A DNA stretch of 64,000 nt from Tubulanus polymorphus (lineage: Eukaryota > Animalia > Nemertea): contig NC_134030.1 in assembly GCF_964204645.1 (NCBI RefSeq), forward strand, positions 9,265,222 through 9,329,221. Reading direction: 5' to 3'. The notes under the pieces were generated by a model. It had not been told where the DNA came from. It was given only the letters and a program-made list of their open reading frames with translations, and searched no databases. The position numbers and the translations under genes are program-made. Position 1 is the stretch's first letter. The number at the start of each line of letters is the position of its first letter. Below, piece by piece: positions 25,393-39,285 of the stretch.

Positions 25393-28300
25393 ATGGTTTC
25401 GTCTTTTGTGAGAATATCAGCGATTGTTATGTTATTATTTTCTGCGAAAATAAACGCAAACTCTAAAGCCCGACGCAATTTCATCTCGGTGCCGAAGTTA
25501 CCTGGAAATGAATACTACCAATGTCCAGACGAAGAGACATTGGAAATCAACTGCGCCGGAAAATGCACAAGGCTTGGAAACAAAGATTGTGTGGGATTCT
25601 TTTTTAGTGACCAGAAATCATCCGGTGTTCGGTGCTTTCTGATAATGGAAAGAAAAGAAGATTGTAGCAGAGCACAACAACTAGAAAACGTCAAAGGTTC
25701 CATCTACGTCAATGTTGGTATGTATGTTAAACAGTTATATTAATTCCTTCAAGTAAAGTCGCCGTACATTAGAAACAAATCAGATAATCCTTTATTTCAC
25801 CTTATATTAGTTGAGATTTATTCTGAAATATACACGTAGACCTACATGTAGGATGGAAATTGTTCTGTTTCATTGCCGCCAATCTAACTATCCCAGTATT
25901 TTTAGTGCCGTTTTTTTCATTAGTTCGATTACGGAAACACCGACGAACTTTTCCGATTGCTAGGCATAAAAAAAAAAATTTAATTTTCATTTCCCCCCCG
26001 CCCCTCATTATTAAACGTAGATATGAACATAGAAATAAACAGCTATAACTTTTTCCACTGCCACATAATCCTTTGACATCACGCACAAAAATTGCAGTGG
26101 ACAATGGTGTTCTAATGGTAATATATATTTGTTGGGTTCGTTCAGTGAATAGCGTCTCTTGTAAAATGACGGCGTCAGTTATGTGTGTAGGCAATAAACA
26201 GACAATATTCGGGTATCAAGACGACCTCAAAATTAAGCAAATTTTTATTCATTTTTCAAATTCCACTCCCCGATCACTTCATTCATTCTCCTTTTATTGT
26301 TTTTCTTTTATTGCGCATCCTTTTTGTTTTTGTCTGTTTGTTGTTATTGTTGTTTTCTTCATTTACAATCTTATACTTTTGATCTATGAGGAATAAATTG
26401 AAATTGGATTTGTTTAAAGAAATATTTTTCTTTTTGATTAAACTCCAAAGTCCACCAAATCCGTAATCCAACTTAAAATGTGAAAAATTACGTCCCAAGG
26501 ATAATAAACGAGTAATTGTACGGCTCCAAACTATGTATGTACATCATGGTTTGTGCATATTCCAAAGCGCGAGTGTAGACTATAAATTATTATATTACTT
26601 CCGTTGATATGCGGTGTCGTCTTTTTTCAGATATCGCATACAACATGTCATTGTTAACAGAAGTAACCCCTCAAACAACTACTCATGTTGGTGCAGGCTC
26701 TAGTCTAATGACAACAGAACCTACTGCATCAAAGACTGAATTGACTAGAGGAGCTAGCATCGGAACAGCAACAACCGTAAGAACAACTTCTACACCTCGA
26801 GCTGAATTGACTAGTGGAGCCAGCATGGGAACAGCAACAACTGTAAGAGCGACTTCCACATCTCAGACTGAATCGACTAGTGGAGCTAGCATCGGAACAA
26901 CTACAACTGTAAGAACAACTTCTACACCTCAAGCTGAATCGACTAGAGGGGCTAGCATGGGAACAGCAACAACTGTAAAAACACCTTCCACATCTCAAGC
27001 TGAATCGACGAGTGGCGTCAGCGTAGGAACAGCAACAACTGTAAGAACAACTTCTACACCTCAAGCTGAATCGACTAGTGGAGCCAGCATCGGAACAGCA
27101 ACAACTGTAAGAGCGACTTCCACATCTCAGACTGAATCGACTAGTGGAGCTAGCATCGGAACAACTACAACTGTAAGAACAACTTCTACACCTCAAGCTG
27201 AATCGACTAGAGGGGCTAGCATGGGAACAGCAACAACTGTAAAAACACCTTCCACATCTCAAGCTGAATCGACGAGTGGCGTCAGCGTAGGAACAGCAAC
27301 AACTGTAAGAACAACTTCTACACCTCAAGCTGAATCGACTAGTGGAGCCAGCATCGGAACAGCAACAACTGTAAGAGCGACTTCCACATCTCAGACTGAA
27401 TCGACTAGTGGAGCTAGCATCGGAACAACTACAACTGTAAGAACAACTTCTACACCTCAAGCTGAATCGACTAGAGGGGCTAGCATGGGAACAGCAACAA
27501 CTGTAAAAACACCTTCCACATCTCAAGCTGAATCGACGAGTGGCGTCAGCGTAGGAACAGCAACAACTGTAAGAACAACTTCTACACCTCAAGCTGAATC
27601 GACTAGTGGAGCCAGCATCGGAACAGCAACAACTGTAAGAGCGACTTCCGCATCTCAGACTGAATCGACCAGCAGAGCTAGTATAAGAACAGCAACAACT
27701 GTAAGAACAACTTCCACATCTCAGACCGAATCGATTGGTGGAACAAGCATAGGAACAACTACACGTTTAGAAGCAACTTCCAACTCTCAACCTGAATCGA
27801 CGAGTGGCGTCAGCGTGGGAACAGCAACAACTGTAGGAGCGACTTCTACATCTAGTCCTAAATCGACCAGCGGAGCTAGCACGGGGACAGCTTCAACTGT
27901 AGGAGATGGTGCCAGTACATCGACAGCGATGGCGCCTGGAACCACAAAAACTACTGCAACTATTATGAAAACTGCTTCAACCGTAGGAATTCCTAGTACA
28001 TCGTCAACTGCCACATCGGGACCGACTGATGATTCAAGCAAGGGAACAACTACAACTGTAGGAGCTGGTTTATCGCCAACGACGATGCCTGAAACCAAAA
28101 AAATGAATGCAGCTAGTACGGGAACAATAACGACTGGAGGAGCTTCATCTGGACCGACAAGTGCAGCTAGCATGGGAACAACTGATCGAGCAGTTACGGG
28201 TTCTATCGTATCGACAACGGTAACTCAATCAACTACCGTAAGTAGCATAGGGACAACTACAGCCGTAGGAGCTGGTTCTAGTATATTCACAGCTGCTACC

Positions 28301-29671
28301 TCCCAAACTGACCCAACTAGTGTAGCATCCACGGGGACGACTTCCGCCATAGATGTGGGCAGTAGCGATTCAACAACAACAACAACAACAACAACCAGAA
28401 GTGAAGAATCAACCAGTACAAGTGCAACTATCAAAGCAACAACAAATTCAGCAGGTGTTAATTCTAGCGTATCGATAACTACATCTCAAACAAGCGCAGC
28501 TAACATTGGAACAGTCACAAATGTAGGCGATAGTGCGAGTGTTTCGGCAACCATGTCTACATCTGAAACAACTTCTTGGGAGAATATACCTACAACGTTA
28601 CCAACTACTGCTACAGTGGATGGGGGTACAAGTAAAATAATAACCTCCGCACATCAAAGTACAGTTAGTGCAGATTTGAGCACTGACGCGATAGTTGGCA
28701 CGTCTAAAACTGGAACAACAGAAACTGTGGTATTGGAAACTACCTATTCAAAAATGGATGCTGCGCCAACGGTGCTAACTGACACAGTAGGTACTAAAAC
28801 CCCCTCTAGCATAACAAACACTATTGCTACCACGTCTTCAACTGCCAGCATCAAGACTTCATCAGGGGTAACAAGCCAAGCGATTACTAAATCTGTTTCA
28901 CCAACTGTAACGACAACCGCATCTATAGTATCGTCAACTACAGCTGCTAATCATACGAAACGTTGTGCGTCGGGTTTCAAGAAAGTCACTACAGCCAATG
29001 GTGATTTGGCGTGTTTCAAATTGTTCGGCTGGGATCGTTTATCATGGAACGCGGCGCGTGCGGCCTGCCATCACAACGGAGCCAAGCTGGCCGAACCGCA
29101 AACTGTAGAGATGTTCGACAAACTGGTGTATGAATTTTTCACAGGTTCAGATGCGATAAACCAAACAGGTAACATATTTGGGAAATATTTGATTCTTGGG
29201 TTGCTGGATTATGTAACAACCAGTGATTGTAAGGGTATGCTGTTGCAGCCTGTGTAACATTCTTAATCTATTTATTGACAAAAGTTAGACAAGGGACGCT
29301 TTGCATTTTCCGATGAATCCTATGCATATTTCGTTTTCATAATTGATATGAGCTCTATTATTACCAATGTTTTATTTTGAATAAGACCATGTGTTTTCCT
29401 ATTCTGTTTACTAACTCACCTCATGAATCTTATTTCTTATTGCAAAGAAGCTGTCGGTACTTCACTCATCTGGCTGGGCTTGTTCGATGAAGATAAGTCG
29501 GGACCTGCACCATCGAAGTGGCAGACCACGGGAAAGATGATCGAGTACACAAACCGATGGGATGAAGAAAACCCTATTTCGGGTTGTTCTTGCAAGGGCA
29601 TTCGAAGACCTTCCTACCGATTAGCTGGGGGAAAGTGCAGGGTAATAATGCCATATATTTGCGAACAATAG
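25393..29671 (+). CDS. Array copy A: secreted PAN/Apple-like + long mucin-like stalk (~780 aa) + C-type lectin-like protein. Exons 25393-25717, 26631-29168, 29448-29671
   Basis: Signal peptide MVSSFVRISAIVMLLFSA; Cys pattern C..CAGKCTRLGNKDCVGFFF...RCFL...C; Thr/Ser-rich repeats; CTLD CFKL..SWNAARAAC...AKLAEP...IWLGL...W...C...C..PYICEQ. Both introns are phase 1. Confidence 0.85.
26732..27919 (+). repeat. Coding minisatellite: about 18 x 66 bp (22 aa, QxESTSGASxGTATTVRxTSTx) with a 264-bp four-unit higher-order repeat
   Basis: The variant gactagaggggctagcatggga recurs at 26941, 27205 and 27469 (period 264). Units were counted in the ORF translation. Confidence 0.95.
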
Positions 29672-30104
29672 AACTAATCAATGTTTGATTATTAAGTACT
29701 TCAACATGATGCTGGCTGTTTGTACTGTACAATTTTACACGAATTTTGAACATAAACATAATAATGGAATATTACTCATTTTTGGTCTTAAATATGCCTG
29801 TGGTCTCTGATGTAATAAACAATATCATGCACTTCTGTCTGTTAGTCTGGATTTGCCTTGTATTTTAGTGTCTACGTCAAAGCATGTAATTACGCAGGCA
29901 AGTGATTTGCCAACGAAAGTCATTAGAACCTAACAGCTAACAGCATGATACGCGAATAGACCTTTTTGGTCTTGCGCGGTAAACCGATATGACAATTATG
30001 ATTATTTGATAATTAATAGAACATCGATAGCGTACAGCTACATTTATGATGTGATGAAGTTGATACATAATATCCCTATTACTGTTCTCGCTCTCTCGTC
30101 GGAA

Positions 30105-33100
30105 ATGACACCTACGACGCTGATACAGATGGTTTTACTGGTATCCGCAGCATTTAGCCAGGATCAAGCGGATTTCATTCAGGTCACAGGTTACTCCGAA
30201 AGCGGATATCTATGTCCGATTGATGCGAAAACCGAGGTCCAATGCGGTAGTATGTGTTTAAGGTTAGAAACAGCCAAATGTTTCGGGTTCGCATTTGATA
30301 AAAAGCGATGTTTGCTATTCACACATGCAGCGTGCGTGTCAACAACATGTTTTGAAGATGTCGACATTCCCGTATATATTTCTTCTGATGACGGTAAGGA
30401 GACTTTTTAAGATTTTTGCAAGCTTCAAATATGATCTAGGTCTACAACATTTCATGCCTGCCTCACCCATGTATATGCAGAAAGATAGAGTCTAAGAGGG
30501 AATATCCATAAAAAGAAACGTTTTTCTAACCGAATACTACTCAACCTCTAGACAGAACAACGCATGAAAAAAAAAGTTTTGTGCAAAACGTGTTTTCTGT
30601 TTTGATAAAACCAACGTTTTGTCGTGTGAGTTTGGCTTCAATGGTTTATTTCCAAGTTCTGTGGTTCAAAATCTCATAGATGACAACATCTGTGTGAAAT
30701 GCCCTGATGAATTAATTCGTAGCTTGATTTTCAGACGGTGTATTTGCAAGCTCTTCGATTGCCGCTGTCACCAGCCCAATCTCTGAATCGACCAATTCTA
30801 CGACGTCAGAAGATGCATGTAAATCTGACTTCAGAAGGGTAACGACGTCCGAGGGAGAATCTTCTTGTTTTAGATTGAACGGTTGGTCGGAACCGACCGA
30901 CCGCTTGAGCTGGGACGATGCAGTGTCATTCTGCCAGGATACCGGAGACAAATTAGCCGAACCAGTAACCGTTGAGATGTACGATGAATCTGACCAGCTA
31001 TTCTGTATCTGTTATCTTTTTAATGATTTGGAAAATCTTAGTACACTTACTGTCTTATTTCACCCGAAGAAGAACCGTTTATTTGCACGACAGATTATGA
31101 CCTTGGATGAATACTAGCACAGGCCTAGGTATGACTTCCCAAGAACCTTAGTGTCTGATGAACCACAGGTGGGTACACGTAAGGAGCGTAGACCGACGGA
31201 GATCACTCTTGAAATAACCACTTCCAAGTGGCCGAAGTTATGACCAGCGCGACGGATTAGCTAAGATACTCATTATACGGTCCCTGTTCCTTTTCGTTCC
31301 ATTCCGGGAAGTATCATATGCCAGTTTAAACATTAATTCTACATGAACGGATATACTTCAATCTAATCACGTTTCTAATCACTCATCGCTCGATATTGGC
31401 CATAGTTCAATGAACGGTCATTTGAATAATGAAGATAGGTGTACTTGATCCGGTGGGCGTGTGATATAGGTGATAACGAGATGCGCTCCTATAGTTTCGT
31501 TTGAAATTCATACCAGATAAATCCATAAAATATGTCTATACAGTCTATGTTAGCGGTAATCGGTCATGTTCAAGAACGAATCTTAAATGAGAAGACGCGA
31601 GTTTAGTTCACTGGGATTCTAAAAGATTTTCCCGTTTTAAGGTTCTCGACAATCCACTTCTGATTTTTGAACTGGGTCCTAAGAGGCGAATTCACCGTTT
31701 GATTTGAACTTGAAATATAGAACGAGAAGGATTTTGATGGGACGTTACCCGTTACCTGGGGCATCGACCTCGAAGAGCGCGAGTGCTGAAAGTAAATAAT
31801 GACCGCTGGTGTCCGCCAACGAGCTTTCATAAACAATGTAATGAAACAGAATGTGGAGTCCCCAATATATCAGTGATACTTGTAATATCTTTGGTTTTAG
31901 GTGATGGACCACCTAAACTGACTTGGCTGGGTCTCAAAGACCGAGACGGAAATGGACCAAATTTACCAGTTTGGCAGAGCATAAACACGAGCATCGGTTA
32001 CACAAACCGCTGGGACGACGACCCACAATTTCAAAAAGAATGTATAATTCAATTCAATTCAATCTTTATTCAGCATTAACATTAATAAAACATTGTTTGC
32101 AACTGATACAAATTCGGTAAAATCAAGTATATACATAATAGGAGATAAACAAATAATAAAATGAAGCATAATTAACACTAATTACAGATGAGTTAAAACA
32201 TAATTGAAAATATACAGAACATTAATCGAAGAAATATTAGGACAATGGCAGACCGAGTTTAATAAATTTGGCTAGCTGAACAATGCTGGTTGTAGGGTTT
32301 AGGTTGTCGAAAGTGGAGATTAAACTATTAACGTCTAAGATAGCTATATTTAATTCCTTTCTCAGATTGGCAACTCTTTTACAAGGGAACAAAAAGTGAC
32401 ATTCATCGTCCAACACATTACAAATATTGCACAAACGATTTTCCTTTTCTATACCGCGGTGTCTACCTTTTTCAATAATTAAGCTGTGAGTAGACGTCCG
32501 TAATTTAGCAACAGCATTTCTGAGGTTAAAATCTTTTAGCACTAATAAATATTTTTCTAACTTAAAACTTACTTTAACTGCTTTATAAAAATTATAACGG
32601 GAATGATCACTTGATCTTATGTCCTTATGCCAGAGATCCACAAAGATAGCTGACAGACGCTTTCTAATACCCAGAATAATGCTATTCGAATAATGCCCCA
32701 AGTTGTTCCAAACATTTGAGTACCCTAAATTTGATAGAATTGATTTAACGGTAGATATATAATTGAATTTGCCCTCCCTGTCATCTTCATATTGTTCTAG
32801 AAAAGACAAGTAGATCAATGATTTGCTATTACCCGACGACATAACTGACCTCCAGTACTTCAAAGCTGACATAGTAATCTCAATATAAAGTGGAACCTCT
32901 CCCAAGTCACCAAGAATAGGTAAAATTGGAGCCTTAGAATGAAGACCCATTATGAACCTAAAAAATCTTGACTGCAGCTTTTGCACTACCCATTTGTTAT
33001 ATGGTAAACCCATATCCGTGAGTGACCCATTTGGTTTCTTTAGAAATGACATATAGGGCACAACTCCCCAAACTTCACTACCATACATAACTATCGGTTT

Positions 33101-33475
33101 GAGTAAACTGTTAAAAAGCTGTAGTTGTTGTAGAATACATAAATCCTTGAAACCAGGCATTTTAGTTAGATTGAAAAGCCCTCTTAAACCCTTACTCAAC
33201 AGTGAGTCTTGTAGCAGATTGAATTTGCCATTACAATGGATGTTGAAACCCAGATAGTTGCAACTTTTAACACAATCTATAACATCATCGTTAAAAATGT
33301 AGCTATTTGTGCAGTCTAATTTACCCGCTTTGTTAAATTCAACAATACACGATTTAGGAACATTTACTTCCAGCCCCCAGAATTTACAATAAAGCTCAAG
33401 CTTAGACTTACTAGACAGACATTATCTGGAGGATTGTGTTGGAAACAACGTCCTTTCATCTGCGAACAGTTGTGA
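30105..33475 (+). pseudogene. Array copy B (short-stalk type, close to copy E), disrupted. Exon 1 30105-30393; exon 2 from 30735, truncated at ~30988; exon 3 31901-32046 plus ~33400-33475, split by a LINE
   Basis: Homology to copy E stops after VEMYDE, so LVYEFFTGPSA and the splice donor are missing. Exon 3 breaks after FQKECI and resumes 1.35 kb later as LRLTRQTLSGGLCWKQRPFICEQL*. Confidence 0.85.
32047..33399 (-). mobile_element. 5'-truncated non-LTR retrotransposon (RTE-X-like ORF2 C-terminus) inserted into exon 3 of copy B
   Basis: Open frame from the RT end (YCKFWGLEVNVPKS...NYLG) through LKPIVMYGSEVWG to the CCHC motif KLRTSTHSLIIEKGRH...RLCNICNVLDDECHFLFPC. 3' end has aataaag followed by an (attga)n tail at ~32047-32070. 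Confidence 0.9.
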
Positions 33476-34473
33476 ATTCAAATATATGTACTTTCTCCCA
33501 TTCATTTATTATCAGTTGGAAAGTTTGAATAAGTAATGAAGATATAATAAGTATCGTGTAAATTTGCGAACAAAGATCAAATACATTAAATTTAATGTAC
33601 ACTTTTTGTCATATTCGTGGTAAGTTCTCGTGTATCACTCAACTCCGCAATATCGCTTTCAGCTTCCTGTGTATATTGTGCTGGTTGGTGACGTGTAATA
33701 TTTACCTTTCGAGAGGTGGAAAGCAAAATATACACATTCGGTTTCCTTCGATGCCGTGCTTTAAATGAGTTGCCTGCTCCTTACATGAAATGTTATAATA
33801 TGAACATTCCAACAGAAACCCGATGACTACTTAAGAATACAGACAAGCGATATGCGGTACTACGACTTTTGCTTTAGATAGGGCATACGGCATTGACCAT
33901 TTTTATCAGGAAATTCATCGAAATCAACCATCGTATTTAGAAAAGCATCTTTATATCTCGTATTCGTTAACGCATGAATGCATCTAGAGATTTGCGGGGA
34001 GCATATATTTTGGGAAGGGCAACGTATCAAAAAGTGTGAACCCTAAACATTGACAAATACGATGCATGTTGTTATTTCATTCAGATACATCAGGTAGATG
34101 AAACAAGAAATGATACAATATACACATTTCTACGTTTAAAGTGGGCTACAATTTGTCTGGATATTTTCAATACTTATTACATAACTTCGATTTTCGATAA
34201 TATACAAACAGAAAACACAATATTCTGTACGTCATTGTAAAAACGATAGCACTTCTGTTACTCTAGTTGTTGTGTCTTATTCGACGAATTCCAAGTGTAT
34301 TCCTGCGCGACTGAATGTACTATATCCGGTATCTAACTTCTGAAGTGACGTAACATTTGCACTAATAAACCAATATCCTGACTATCGTGTGAGTTTTGAG
34401 AGCGTACATATTCGCAAATATTGGCACAAGAACATTGTTAATGTGATCCATTCTCAGGTCGGCCACCTTCGGA

Positions 34474-36554
34474 ATGATACATGTAACCGTTTTACAGTTA
34501 TTTCTACTGGTGTCCTCAGCCTTAGGCGAGGACCAGGGTGATTTCGTTCTAGTAACACATTTTCCTAAATGCGCATACCGCTGTCTCAGCGATGCGAGAA
34601 CCGAGGCCCAATGCGGTAGTCTGTGTTTGAGGTTAGGTTTGGCCGAATGTTTGGGGTTCGCATACGATGGACAGCGATGTTCGATACTGACAAACGTAGC
34701 GTGCGCATCGGCGACACGGGAAATGGAATTAAACACCGTCGCAAGATCGATCTACGTAGTCTCTAAATGCGGTAAGAGTATTTCCGATTGTATCTTCGAT
34801 TTTAATGTATGAAATGATTGGGGAGCTGCCCACGCCAGCTATACCCGCCAGACGTCAAGACAAGCACTCATACCTAAATCTACGACGAATTACCCGGTAC
34901 ATGCGTATTCTATTTGAATGTCCCAAATTAAACGATATTTGAAGAGCTCTCCTCGCACCTTCTAACACTGTTCAAATGTCACAATTCCCAAATGCTGTAA
35001 ATAATAGTATCCTAATTAAACTCGCTAGATTTGTAAATATTGGCCTCAAATTACATAAGTAAATTGCATCAATATAGGCCTATGTTGTGTGATTATTTAT
35101 ATTCTATTCTATTTGCATTTCTATTTTGTATGTTTCTTATTAAGTTTTGTAAATCATAGATTAAATTATATTTGCATGAATTCTTGTAAACTCTATGTAC
35201 CGATGTTTTGATTGGAGGGATACGCGAACATATAGACGATTCTATTCTATTCTTACAGTATGACAATTATTTCTCTATCAATCAACTTTGAACAGAATGC
35301 TCCCGAATCCATACATTATCACAATGACCCACCAAATATACTGAAGATTCATTTTCAGACGATTTTTCATTATAGTTTTCATTAGAACTTTATCTATTTT
35401 AAGAGAAAAATTCATTTGACTTTCACTGGTAGAAATTGAACCCGAAAGACCGAGCAACTACCAGCGAACCTGGTGGACCCTCTCTTGCCATAAGCGGAAT
35501 CCTCGATTGCCGCAGTAGCGTCGGTTATCTCCCGTAAACCCTAGGAAATTTGGTTATTCGATAGCATTCACAAATGCTGTGTTTTGGCTGATTGAATCGT
35601 ATATGAAGTATGATTTGGATATTGACGACTGAAATTAAATTTTCTTTTGGAATTATCTTCCTATCAATGATTGAATGCGACATATCTATCAACGATATCT
35701 TCAGATTCCCTGAAAACTACAGCAACCACAACTGAAAGTCAATTGGCTACAACAGCCGTACAGAATACCACTTCCAGCCATCCATCGACTACTGATGCGA
35801 CCAGTCCAAGGCCTACTGAAATCACCAATCCGCCTACTACCGCTGAGTCCAGTCCACCGTCTACGAGCACCAGTCCTCTGACTACCGCATATAGCAGTCC
35901 ATCGACCAGATTCATGAAAACTAGTTCAGTCAACAAGCCTTTGTCATGGACAGCAACTAGTCTACCATCAAAAACATCCATCGCAACGAAGGTAGCAACA
36001 ATTGCATGTCAAACTGGCTTCAAAAGAATAACAACGCCGGGTGGTGCTTCTTCCTGTTTCAAATTAATGGGTTGGTCGACAACAAAGACCAATGGTTTGA
36101 AGTGGGGAAATGCAGTTACCGCCTGCAGTAAAATTGGATCCAAACTGGCCGAACCAAAAACTGCTGACATGTTCGATAAGCTTGTATACGAATTTTTCAC
36201 TGGTCCATCAGCGGTGCCTAATCATTCAGGTAAGTTCATATTCAGTAACTGACGGATGGAGAAAGTTCTTCCTTTAACTGTATTTCTTGTATCCACGCGG
36301 ATGAATTAAATGGAAATACGTATCTCTTTTTAGGGAGACATCTGCGTGTTGTTTGGCTAGGTTTGATAGACCGAACTGGATCACAGTCTGGTTTACCAGT
36401 TTGGCGGAGTACAAATACGAAACTTGGATACTCAAACCGCTGGCACACTTATCCATATTCCAAGAGAAAGTGTAAAGGCATCAGAATACCTAATTACGGA
36501 TTATCTGGAAGCGGTTGCAGAAGGCGTCGCCCTTACATATGCGAGCAATTATAA
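34474..36554 (+). CDS. Array copy C: signal + PAN/Apple-like + ~100-aa Thr/Ser/Pro stalk + basic CTLD. Exons 34474-34771, 35705-36229, 36334-36554
   Basis: In-frame phase-1 splicing. Motifs QCGSLCLRLGLAECLGFAYDGQRC, SCFKLMGWS, KLAEPKT, VWLGL, PYICEQL*. Confidence 0.88.
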
Positions 36555-37380
36555 GAAAAAAACGAAAAAACGAAAGATCTGCTTGTGAACAGTAAACAAT
36601 TTCAAAATTTCCGATTTCAACAATTCGTACGATTATACCGGTACATACACGCATTCAATGTTGATATCTAAATCTGAAGCAATTACGATTTAACCGGAAC
36701 GAAAGAGGCAGAGTACTAAATGACCGCTGAACTTGAGAGAGCTATCCGACGTGTGGATAAAACAGCGCTTCGATTCATCATTGTTTCTTCGGGTTTGCCA
36801 CAATTCCGACTTTGGCACACGTGTTTTTCAGCATATCAAACCGAGGGATTTTTCGGTAAATTGATAAAGAGCGTTTCCATTTAACCATTTCCATGAGTGT
36901 TTTTAATTTGATAATTTTAGGGATATCTTGGTTTTCACGGAGATACTGGCATTAGTGAATATTGTCATCGTATTTTATGCATTAATATTGAATATACATA
37001 CTCCCATTGGAAGACAATTTTCAAGTAGAAAAAACCACCGAGTCTATGGTTCGCGCAAATGAATACGATATAGCTTCGATTTCCGATATTTACTTTTATT
37101 AACACAAAATACGATATACACGTATGGCCAATACTTATCGGAGTAAAAATATAATACGATAGGTCTTCTGCTGTCATCCATGTCATTGGTCCTAATCGAT
37201 GGATTTCAAGTGTGCTTCCGAAACCTCCTCAAACTTCCGAAACTCCGTAAACGGTAAGAAATCCAATAATAAACGACGATGGTTTAATTGTGTTAAGTTG
37301 TGTCGGCATATTCGCTTGAACATTGATTTGAAAAAAACTTGGTAAAGCTAGTTGACATTACCGGCCACGCTTCTGTCGGA

Positions 37381-38944
37381 ATGGCACCAGTAGCGTTGTT
37401 ACAGTTTATTTTGCTGATATCCTCAGCTTTAGGTGAGGATCGGGGTGATTTCGTTCTAGTAACGAGTTATCCCGAACGCGCACACCGATGCCCCAATGAA
37501 GCGAAAACCCAGACTCAGTGTGGTAGTATGTGTCTAAGGTTAGGACCAGCTAAATGTTTGGGGTTTGCGTTTGATGAACAGCGATGTTTGATTTTTACAA
37601 ACGCAGCGTGCGCCTCAGACACGCAACAGGAAGTGCATTTAAACGCGGATACAAGATCTATCTACATTATCACAACTGTCGGTGAGTAATTTCATATTCA
37701 CTGTATATACGTGTCACATTCTGTACAAGGAAGCAGTTGCATATAGCTATCGTATCATCATATAACGTCAAAAAATCAACGAAACATAGTTTACCTTAAT
37801 TCAATTGTAGTATTTGTAATCTAACCAACATTGGAGAACTACAATATATACACATTTTCACAGCTATTGCGATTTTGGTAATTCTACACATTTTTCAGTG
37901 ATACTTTTAAGCTAAAAGTGATATACATATATTCTGAATAGGTCTTGGTCATTTGATTGATATGATGTTTTTAGTTTAACTTTTCCGCGCTCACGTACGT
38001 ATTCGAAATATCTTCAGACTCTACAACAATAACTACTACCACTACTGTGACTACCTCTGCAATTACCAATCAATCGGTCGTGGCGAATGCTACCGGTTCA
38101 ATACCTTCCAGTGCAACTGACTCAGCGACTACTGTAGCCACCAATTCGCATACAACCACAGCCACCAGCCCACTGGCTACCCCAGTTACAAGCCCACCAA
38201 TTACCACAGGCACCAGCCAGTTGGTAACTACAGAAAGTCCACATACTGCTGAAAACACCAGTCCACCGACAACCAGCGGCATTAGCTCAACCAACCACCA
38301 ATCAACATCTCAAACTGATCCACCATCAACTACACCGATTGATAACACGATTACTTCTCAGCCTACAAATGCATGTCTACCTGGCTTTAAAAACATAACA
38401 ACGCTAAGCGGTGCTACATCGTGTTTCAAATTGTTTGGTTGGTCAGTAGAAAGAGGCGATGGTTCGAAATGGTTACCGGCAATTCGTGCCTGCAGTGATG
38501 TTGGAGCCAAATTAGCAGAACCACAAACTGTCGACATCTTTGATAAACTAGTCTATGAATTTTTCACAGGTCCATCAGCGGTGTATAATTATTCAGGTAA
38601 GATACAGTACATCACTGAACTGAAGGGGAACATATTATTTTCGACAACTGAATTTCTTGTAGTGTCCCTACACACGCCAATTGATTTAAGAATTAAAGTA
38701 TCATTATATATTTCTTTCAGAAACACATCTGCGGCTTATTTGGCTAGGTTTGATAGACCTAGATGGATTAGAACCCAATTTACCTGTTTGGCAGAGTACA
38801 AATGCAACAATTGGATACACAAATCGCTGGGACGTCGACGAACTGAATTACGAAAAAGAATGTATAGGAATCAGAAGACCAGTTCTTAAACTATCACCGG
38901 GTAATTGTAACAGGCGACGCCCTTACATATGTGAGCAACTGTAA
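37381..38944 (+). CDS. Array copy D: ~119-aa stalk. Exons 37381-37681, 38018-38596, 38721-38944
   Basis: Same architecture, intact frame, canonical splice sites. Confidence 0.88.
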
Positions 38945-39285
38945 GATAGAGTGAAAACTCGGTGACCAAATGAATGTCTGCAAGGATTTATGCGCAATAT
39001 ACAGTTACTGTCTCTTACTGATAGATATCTAAATCTGAAACGGTTAGATCGTCTGCACGGGAATAAAACGACTGTTGGACTTAATTCGAGTAGTTTGACA
39101 ACCGTGTATGCGAAGTGATCGATTCAATTCATGCCAATCATTCACACCACTTCATTATATTTGCTCGATTAAGAAGATGCATGTCAGGAAGGGCACGTGG
39201 ATAAAGTTATTATCTACATAACGCACGAATAAAAGATTTTTTGAAATCCTCGACACTGCAGACAGATTTTCATGCGTTCATGGAC

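Noticed and set aside
26729-27592. 287-aa Cys-rich ORF on the - strand resembling a metallothionein or keratin-associated protein
   Set aside because: Antisense shadow of the Thr-rich (ACA/GCA) 66-bp coding repeat of copy A; no independent gene signals.
26732-27919. Regular repeat array as a possible CRISPR
   Set aside because: Contiguous in-frame coding tandem repeats without unique spacers, in eukaryotic DNA with no cas genes.
32237-33199. 320-aa ORF as a host gene
   Set aside because: It is the ORF2 C-terminus of a 5'-truncated LINE.
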